This document shows positions 57,821 to 64,000 of a stretch of 64,000 nucleotides of DNA, one piece after another. The position numbers and the translations under genes are program-made. The stretch is from positions 15,189-79,188 of the forward strand of contig CAYWKU010000014.1 in NCBI GenBank assembly GCA_964459325.1, given 5' to 3'. The notes below the pieces were generated by a model. The model saw only the letters and a list, made by a program, of their open reading frames with translations, was not told the DNA's origin and searched no databases. The stretch comes from an uncultured bacterium (GTDB taxonomy: Bacteria > RBG-13-61-14 > CAYWKU01). Each line of letters opens with the position of its first letter. Position 1 is the first letter of the stretch.

Positions 57821-58847
57821 TAAAACTCGAAGCGGAGGCTACTGGGCCGAAACATGGCACCAGTTCAAAAAGAACCGCCTGGCTATGATAGGGCTGGTGG
57901 TGGTGCTGGCGATGATTGCCGCAGCCCTGCTGGCTCCGCTTTTGGCCAACAATCGCCCGTTGGCCATGAAAACCTCGGAGGGGTGGAGATTCCCCGCTTT
58001 CAGTCAATATTTGCCGAAAGAGCTTGACACCGAATACCGCAACGTCGACTGGGCCCATCCTGAGGAAAAGTGGGGCGCCATCGAGAAGAAGATTATGCCG
58101 CCGGTACCCTACTCGCCCGACGAGATACATTTGGTGGAGTTTTACGAAGCCCCCGGTCGCAAACACCTGCTGGGAACGGACGACAGGGGCAGGGATTTGT
58201 TGAGCAGACTTATATGGGGCAGCCGGATAAGCCTGTCGGTGGGCATAGTGGCCGTCGGGATAGCCATTCTAATCGGCATTCCCATAGGCGCGTTGGCCGG
58301 TTACTACGGCGGGCTTACCGACAGCATCATTCTCAGAATTATAGAAGTGGTCATTTGTTTCCCCACCTTCTTTCTGATACTCGCCATCCTGGCGTTTCTC
58401 CCCCAAAGCATATTCAACATCATGGTGGTCATAGGCATTACCGGCTGGGTAGGACCGGCGCGGCTGATAAGAGGCGAGTTTTTGAAGCTGCGGCAGGTGC
58501 AGTATGTGGAAGCCGTGAGGGCGCTGGGAGCAACCAACTTCCGGGCCATATTCCGCCACATACTGCCCAACGCCGTAGCGCCGGTGCTTGTGGCTGCAAC
58601 CTTCGGCGTTGCCAACGCCATCCTCTACGAAAGCGCTCTGAGCTTTCTCGGTTTCGGCGTGCCGCCGCCAACGCCGAGTTGGGGGGAAGCTATCAGCCAG
58701 GCCCAGCATTTCGTGGATGCATGGTGGTTGACACTTTTTCCGGGGTTTGCCATCTTTTTGACCGTGACTGCTTACAACCTTGTAGGTGAAGGTTTCCGGG
58801 ACGCAACCGACCCAAGGCTGAGGGGAACCAAGGGAGAAAAGCCATGA
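57813..58847 (+). CDS. Peptide ABC transporter permease (OppC/DppC)
   Basis: HLLGTDDRGRDLLSRL, YVEAVRALGA...RHILPN, LSFLGFG. Confidence 0.93.
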   Translation: MADKTRSGGYWAETWHQFKKNRLAMIGLVVVLAMIAAALLAPLLANNRPLAMKTSEGWRFPAFSQYLPKELDTEYRNVDWAHPEEKWGAIEKKIMPPVPYSPDEIHLVEFYEAPGRKHLLGTDDRGRDLLSRLIWGSRISLSVGIVAVGIAILIGIPIGALAGYYGGLTDSIILRIIEVVICFPTFFLILAILAFLPQSIFNIMVVIGITGWVGPARLIRGEFLKLRQVQYVEAVRALGATNFRAIFRHILPNAVAPVLVAATFGVANAILYESALSFLGFGVPPPTPSWGEAISQAQHFVDAWWLTLFPGFAIFLTVTAYNLVGEGFRDATDPRLRGTKGEKP

Positions 58848-59632
58848 ACGACGAAAAGAAACCACCCTTTCCGGTGCCGGAGCCGGACCCGGAAGAGGTG
58901 AAAGCGGTGCAGGATATTTTCAACACTTCGGGGGAAGAATCCAAGGGCGATGACGTCTTCTCACAGGATATTTTCTCAGCCCCTCCCCCACCTCCACAAC
59001 AGCAGCCACAACAACCACCGGCCTCCGAACCGCCCCCCGCTTCACCGGAACCCGTCGCACAAAATGCCGACGAGGAACAGGACGTGAAAGTGGTGGGGTT
59101 TGAAGATTTCGATAAGCTTTCGCAACCTGAAGGGCTTGCCGTTGAAGGCCAATCCTACGCGCCGGGTAACCCTTCACCCTCTGAACAACCCGAGGTTGAA
59201 GAAGACGAAGAGAACATGCCCGATTTGGTAATGTCCGGGACACCGGCCGATGTTTCCATGGAAACGGCCGAACCCGTCTCCGATTCCGAAGAAGCGCAGG
59301 AAGCAGAGGCGGTGACCGAAGACGAGTGGGCCGAGGATGACATAGGCGCCGCCGAAGCCGTTGATGAGCCGGAACCGGCCCAGTCTGCGGTCGATGAAGA
59401 ATTGCCGCTGCAAACCGAGGAGCAGCCGCTGACCTTCAAAGCGGCAAAAGCCAAGGAAGGCCCCGAGGCAGTCAAGCAGACGCAGGAGTTGATTGAACAC
59501 CTCGACGGCGCCGATGAAGGTTTCATGGACGCCGCCGAGATAGAAAGGGCGGTAAAATCCATCTCCGATTTGAAGGACGAGATTCGCAACCTTGCCGAGC
59601 GGGTTCGAGCTATCGAAGAAAAGCTGAAATAA
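58844..59632 (+). CDS. Acidic, largely disordered hypothetical protein with C-terminal coiled coil
   Basis: ATGA overlap with oppC, ends 3 bp before oppD; D/E/P/Q-rich; heptad-like tail ISDLKDEIRNLAERVRAIEEKLK. Confidence 0.72.
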   Translation: MNDEKKPPFPVPEPDPEEVKAVQDIFNTSGEESKGDDVFSQDIFSAPPPPPQQQPQQPPASEPPPASPEPVAQNADEEQDVKVVGFEDFDKLSQPEGLAVEGQSYAPGNPSPSEQPEVEEDEENMPDLVMSGTPADVSMETAEPVSDSEEAQEAEAVTEDEWAEDDIGAAEAVDEPEPAQSAVDEELPLQTEEQPLTFKAAKAKEGPEAVKQTQELIEHLDGADEGFMDAAEIERAVKSISDLKDEIRNLAERVRAIEEKLK

Positions 59633-59635
59633 AAA

Positions 59636-60598
59636 GTGGCCCTTCTTGACGTACAGAACCTTTGCACGGTCTTTGAGATGGAAGATGTGTCGTTCGCCGC
59701 GGTGGACGGGCTGACATTCCGAATCGACCGGTGCGAAACCATGGGACTGGTGGGTGAAAGCGGCTGCGGGAAAAGCGTCAGCGCCCTTTCCGTAATTCGG
59801 CTTGTTCAAACGCCGCCGGGCAGGATAGCTTCCGGAAAAGTTCTGCTCGAAGACAAGAACATACTCGGCCTCAACGAGCGCGAAATGCGCCGCATCCGGG
59901 GCAATCGCATCTCCATGATATTCCAGGAACCCACTTCCAGCCTGAACCCCGTCTTTACCGTCGGCAACCAGATAGCCGAAGCCATCCGGCTCCACCAGGG
60001 AGTGGGAAAGAAGGAATCACTCGAACGGGCCGTCGAAATGCTCAAGCTGGTGCGCATACCCGAGCCGGAAAGCCGCGCCGGGAGCTACCCTCACCAGCTA
60101 TCCGGAGGCATGTGCCAGCGGGCCATGATAGCGATGGCTCTGGCGTGCCGACCGGACGTGCTTATTGCCGACGAGCCGACCACCGCCCTGGACGTCACCA
60201 TCCAGGCCCAGATACTCGAGCTTATCGCCGAGCTTCGGGAGGAGCTGGGCATGGCGGTGCTCCTGATAACACATGACCTGGGCATCGTGGCACAGAACGT
60301 TAACAGGGTGCTGGTAATGTACGCGGGCACGGAGATGGAGGAGGCGTCGGTGACCGAGCTTTTCGCTCACCCCGCCAACCCGTATACGCAGGGTCTCCTC
60401 GCGGGCATGCCGCGAGTGGAAGCGCGGGGCGGGAAACTGTCGGCAATCCCCGGAACAGTTCCCGACCTGGCGGAGCTTCCGACCGGCTGCCGGTTCCGGG
60501 AGCGCTGCCCGCACGCTTTCGATAAATGCGCAGAAGCCGAGCCGCCGCTTTTGCAGGTGAGCAGCGAGCACCTGAGCAGATGCTGGTTGCACGAGTGA
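59636..60598 (+). CDS. Peptide ABC transporter ATPase (OppD/DppD)
   Basis: [46 protein letters not shown]. Confidence 0.94.
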   Translation: MALLDVQNLCTVFEMEDVSFAAVDGLTFRIDRCETMGLVGESGCGKSVSALSVIRLVQTPPGRIASGKVLLEDKNILGLNEREMRRIRGNRISMIFQEPTSSLNPVFTVGNQIAEAIRLHQGVGKKESLERAVEMLKLVRIPEPESRAGSYPHQLSGGMCQRAMIAMALACRPDVLIADEPTTALDVTIQAQILELIAELREELGMAVLLITHDLGIVAQNVNRVLVMYAGTEMEEASVTELFAHPANPYTQGLLAGMPRVEARGGKLSAIPGTVPDLAELPTGCRFRERCPHAFDKCAEAEPPLLQVSSEHLSRCWLHE

Positions 60599-60602
60599 GG
60601 AT

Positions 60603-61580
60603 ATGAAGGAAAACCTGGTACAGGCAAAAGGACTGGTCAAGCATTTTCCGCTGCGGGGAGGGGTTTTCGGCAGGGCCAAGGCTTTCGTGCGGGCCGTGGA
60701 CGGCGTCGACCTGGATATACAAAAAGGAGAAACGCTCGGACTGGTCGGCGAAAGCGGCTGCGGAAAAAGCACCCTCGGAAGAACCCTCCTGCGACTGCTC
60801 GACCCCACTTCCGGCGCCATATCATTCGATAACGCCGACATAACTTCGCTGCACGGCTCTCCTCTTCGCCGGTATCGCAAGCGTATGCAGATAATCTTCC
60901 AAGACCCCTTCAGCTCCCTGAACCCCCGCATGACGGCGGGCTCCATAGTGGGAGAGGCGCTGTCCATACATAAACTGGCGAAAAAGAAAGAAAATCGCCA
61001 GAGAGTGGCGGAGTTGCTGAAAATGGTGGGGCTGAGCGCAGACCATGCCGGCCGGTACCCGCACGAGTTCAGCGGCGGGCAGCGCCAGCGTATAGGAATC
61101 GCCCGGGCGCTGGCGGTTGACCCGGAGTTCATAGTGGCCGACGAGCCTATAAGCGCGCTGGACGTGAGCATCCAGGCGCAGATTATAAACCTGGTGATGG
61201 ACCTGCAGGAGCGGCTGGGGCTTACTTACCTCTTCATCACACACGACCTGCGGGTGGTGGGGCACCTGGCAAACCGGGTGGCGGTGATGTACCTGGGCAG
61301 AATCGTCGAGGTGGCTCCCGTGGCGGAGATTTTGGCCAACCCGCGCCATCATTACACTGTGGCGCTCCTGGAGGCGGTGCCGCTTCCCGACCCCGGACAT
61401 AAATGGAAGGGGAAACACGCCATCTCGGGCGACGTACCCAGTCCGGTGTCCCCACCGGAAGGATGTCGCTTCCACCCCCGCTGCCCGGCGGCCAGGGAAG
61501 ACTGCCGCGGTCGAATTCCACTTCTCGAACCTGAGCCGGGCAACCCCGAGCACCTTGTGGCCTGCTACCACCCTGTATGA
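60603..61580 (+). CDS. Peptide ABC transporter ATPase (OppF/DppF)
   Basis: [51 protein letters not shown]...ACYHP. Confidence 0.95.
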   Translation: MKENLVQAKGLVKHFPLRGGVFGRAKAFVRAVDGVDLDIQKGETLGLVGESGCGKSTLGRTLLRLLDPTSGAISFDNADITSLHGSPLRRYRKRMQIIFQDPFSSLNPRMTAGSIVGEALSIHKLAKKKENRQRVAELLKMVGLSADHAGRYPHEFSGGQRQRIGIARALAVDPEFIVADEPISALDVSIQAQIINLVMDLQERLGLTYLFITHDLRVVGHLANRVAVMYLGRIVEVAPVAEILANPRHHYTVALLEAVPLPDPGHKWKGKHAISGDVPSPVSPPEGCRFHPRCPAAREDCRGRIPLLEPEPGNPEHLVACYHPV

Positions 61581-61610
61581 TTTTTCAATACACCGAATAA
61601 TATTCAGCCA

Positions 61611-61649
61611 GGATTCCCCATCAAGGGTAGCCTCATTATCCAGGAATCC
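61611..61649. repeat. Minimal shell version (copy C) of the structured element
   Basis: GGATTCCCCATCAAGGGTAGC-CTCATTATCCAGGAATCC joins the two outer arms of copies A and B with no inner part. Confidence 0.6.
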
Positions 61650-61669
61650 CGGAATAATTCAACCTCCCC

Positions 61670-61831
61670 AAGATTTCTTATTAAGGGTAGCGCGCCTTGA
61701 CCGCAGGGCCACATATGCCGGGTGAAGAATCTGAGGGCGGCCATCACCTTCCGGGTGACGACCGTATTTTCATGTAACCCCCGGGAGCAGTCAAGGTGTG
61801 AAACGAATCCGCCTCCTTATTCGGGAATCTT
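61670..61831. repeat. ~160-nt structured palindromic element, copy B (ncRNA or non-autonomous mobile element)
   Basis: IR CGCGCCTTGACCGC (61691-61704) / GCAGTCAAGGTGTG (61787-61800), outer stem and inner TCACC-N5-GGTGA hairpin; homologous to the reverse complement of 2005-2160. Confidence 0.75.
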
Positions 61832-61846
61832 GGTCAATCTACCCGT

Positions 61847-61875
61847 TTGACATCCCTTGAGTTTGCGCGGATAAT
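61847..61875 (+). promoter_or_regulatory. sigma70-type promoter
   Basis: TTGACA-17 bp-GATAAT, 10 bp before ATG 61886. Confidence 0.55.
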
Positions 61876-61885
61876 TCAAGTAAAT

Positions 61886-62779
61886 ATGCTGCTCACTCCC
61901 CAATGTTACTCCTGCATACTTGACGACCTTAGAGGAGCCTTGGAGCTATTGGATGTGGAAGAGGAACTCTTCCACGAAACCATGATAAGGGCCGTCCGGA
62001 TGCTGGAGGCACAAGGCCCGGCGCGCAAGTACCCGTCACATTACATCACCGAAGCTCACCGGATATTGAAGAAAGCTACCGGTATAGATATGCCCTTCGC
62101 CGAGTTGAGGAAAAAAACCAACCTCGTCGGAATCGAAATAGCGAAAAAGCTGCGCAACGATATATCGAACCTCGCTCCCGCCGAGCGCTTCCGCACCGTG
62201 GTTGTCTGGTGCGTTGCCGCAAATCACCTGGACTTCCGCACCGTCGGTACCGGCTACGGTTTCGACCCGGATGAAATATATCAATGGCTTGAAAATTACG
62301 TGGAAGAAGGGCTCGCAGTGGACATGATTAACCAGTTTCATCAAGCGGCAGGGGGCGCGGAAAAAATAACGTACGTACACGACAACGTGGGGGAAGTGGC
62401 GGTGGACTCGGTGCTTATCGAGGAACTCAAATCGCTCGGCGCCGGCGTTACAAGCGCATTGCGCGGCGGCCCTATCACCAGCGACGCTACCATGGAAGAC
62501 GGAAAGCAAGCGGGCGTCTTCGAGGCGGCCGACGAAGTGATACTCGCAGGCCCCGACACCCTGGGAATATCCCTGAACGAAATAACGCCCGAGCTTAAAA
62601 AGGCTCTAAAGGAAGCGGACCTCATCGTATCCAAGGGACAGGCCAATTATTATGTACTTACCGAGTACATAAAAGAAACCCCGGCGCGCATCGCGTTTCT
62701 TTTCAGCAACAAGTGCGAACCGGTGGCGAATACCCTGGGACTTACGGGCAAAAACAATATAGTCTGGATGAACGCTTAA
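61886..62779 (+). CDS. DUF89/ARMT1-like damage-control phosphatase
   Basis: CYSC near the N-terminus, AANHLDF, YVHDNVGEVAVD, RGGPITSDAT, SKGQANY, KCEPVA. Confidence 0.88.
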   Translation: MLLTPQCYSCILDDLRGALELLDVEEELFHETMIRAVRMLEAQGPARKYPSHYITEAHRILKKATGIDMPFAELRKKTNLVGIEIAKKLRNDISNLAPAERFRTVVVWCVAANHLDFRTVGTGYGFDPDEIYQWLENYVEEGLAVDMINQFHQAAGGAEKITYVHDNVGEVAVDSVLIEELKSLGAGVTSALRGGPITSDATMEDGKQAGVFEAADEVILAGPDTLGISLNEITPELKKALKEADLIVSKGQANYYVLTEYIKETPARIAFLFSNKCEPVANTLGLTGKNNIVWMNA

Positions 62780-62797
62780 AACGAGAGGAAAACGGCA

Positions 62798-64000
62798 ATG
62801 GACAGAAGAAAATTTGTGAAAACTTCGGCAACCGCCGGATTATTAGCCGCAACCGGCCCCGGCTTTATAACTCGTGGGATGGCGGCGGAATCCATGTCCC
62901 CCATGGGCAGGCCGCTCGGGGCCGAAGAAACTTTATTGATTCACAACGCCAGACTCGTAGACGTGGAAAACGGCGAATTTCTGCCACAATCCGCCATTCT
63001 GATAAAGGGTGATAAGATTTCTGCCCTCCCCGAAGGTTTTGTTGATATAAAAAAGGCCGACCGGAAAATAGACGCCGGCGGAAGGTTCATAATACCCGGC
63101 CTTATAAACAATCACTGCCACATGAGCCTTCCCGGGGTGGCGGCTCTGAGCATCCACATTCTGACCAAATTCGACGACCAGATGGACCGCAACTGCACCG
63201 ACTGTATAACTCACGGAGTAACCACGGTCAGGGACCAGCTCGGCGGGCAGCAGTTTCTCATGAGAAGGCAGGCGCGTATGAGCGCGGGCGAACTTATGGG
63301 GCCGCGTATCATGCGCGGCATCGGGGTGCAGGTGCCGGACGGATACGGCACCTTCTTCCCGGACTTCGTGGCCAACGACTCGGTGATGCCCGCGCGTAAC
63401 GTATCCGAAGTGAAGGACGGGGTAAAAAAGGCCGTCGACCTCGGCGCGGACCACATCAAGCTCTTTCTGCAATACCGGACGCTTTTCCAGGGAGACAAGA
63501 AATATCCGGTAATGACCGACAAAATGCTCGCAACGGCGGTCGAAGAGGCGGAAAAGCATTCCAAGTACGCGGCAATTCACGAAACCAACGTCAAAGGCTA
63601 CAGGGCATCGCTGAAGGCCGGAGTGCGCAGCATCGAACACGCCCCCCGAGATGAGGCCATTACCGAAGAAGACGTAAAAAAATTCGTGGACGGCGGACAT
63701 TACTCCGTCCCCACTATGAGCGTGGCGTGGGCGCTGGCTTATCCGGTATCCGGTGATAAAAGCTTCCAGAACCCCCGCGTTCAAAAAATCTACAAACACA
63801 AAAACACACATATTAATGAAATGCTGGATGAATTCCTGGCGCCGAAACTGGCAAAGGTAGGGAAAAAAGTGCACCGGAAATATTCCCGACCCGGCTACTT
63901 CGACGAAGACCACTTCATGATTACCCCCGACGCCGCTTACTTCAACGCGGCGGGAGCCATCGGAGGCGAAAACATCATGAAGCTCTATAAGGCGGGAGCG
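62798..64000 (+). CDS. Tat-exported amidohydrolase (prolidase-like), partial at window end
   Basis: Manual translation MDRRKFVKTSATAGLLAA (twin-Arg signal), IIPGLINNHCH, GVTTVRD, DHIKLF, IEHAP. Open-ended, so absent from the ORF track. Confidence 0.85.
   Translation, partial: MDRRKFVKTSATAGLLAATGPGFITRGMAAESMSPMGRPLGAEETLLIHNARLVDVENGEFLPQSAILIKGDKISALPEGFVDIKKADRKIDAGGRFIIPGLINNHCHMSLPGVAALSIHILTKFDDQMDRNCTDCITHGVTTVRDQLGGQQFLMRRQARMSAGELMGPRIMRGIGVQVPDGYGTFFPDFVANDSVMPARNVSEVKDGVKKAVDLGADHIKLFLQYRTLFQGDKKYPVMTDKMLATAVEEAEKHSKYAAIHETNVKGYRASLKAGVRSIEHAPRDEAITEEDVKKFVDGGHYSVPTMSVAWALAYPVSGDKSFQNPRVQKIYKHKNTHINEMLDEFLAPKLAKVGKKVHRKYSRPGYFDEDHFMITPDAAYFNAAGAIGGENIMKLYKAGA

Noticed and set aside
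61670-61831. SRP RNA, cobalamin riboswitch or group II intron 3' end
   Set aside because: Lacks the SRP CAGG...GGAAGCAG helix-8 motif, the B12-box and the domain V catalytic triad. 6S is left open, not called.
1-64000. CRISPR array, tRNA, rRNA, prophage, full-length IS
   Set aside because: No regularly spaced direct repeats, no tRNA cloverleaf with T/D-loop consensus, and no phage or transposase ORFs seen.

Overview
A ~55% GC, gene-dense chromosomal window from a Gram-negative bacterium. Gene content and gene order suggest a former Deltaproteobacteria lineage (Desulfobacterota/Myxococcota-like); this is inference only. Housekeeping blocks: tolQ-tolR-tolA-like, era, a reduced yceD-rpmF-fabK-fabD-fabG-acpP-rpiB cluster, lpxC, glgA, ilvC, gspC-F, galT-trmO, aroC, queD, tatA and an Opp/Dpp ABC transporter. 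Energy and catabolic loci: xsc-ackA (sulfoacetaldehyde desulfonation coupled to acetate kinase) and a four-gene Na+-pumping acyl-CoA decarboxylase. Less ordinary items are an exbB-exbD-ftsB-diguanylate cyclase operon, a B12 radical SAM enzyme with a C-terminal RRE-like domain, a TetR operon of two apparently catalytically degenerate enzymes, and an acidic disordered ORF wedged inside the opp operon. The intergenic DNA carries many small non-autonomous repeats that the ORF track does not show. These are two MITE families with visible TIRs and target duplications that enclose the same REP-like cargo, two further palindromic families, and a ~155-nt structured element present as two diverged full copies (2005-2160, 61670-61831) plus a 39-nt empty-shell version (61611-61649). 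No transposase, tRNA, rRNA or CRISPR array was seen. All calls come from motif recognition by eye; no database search was run.
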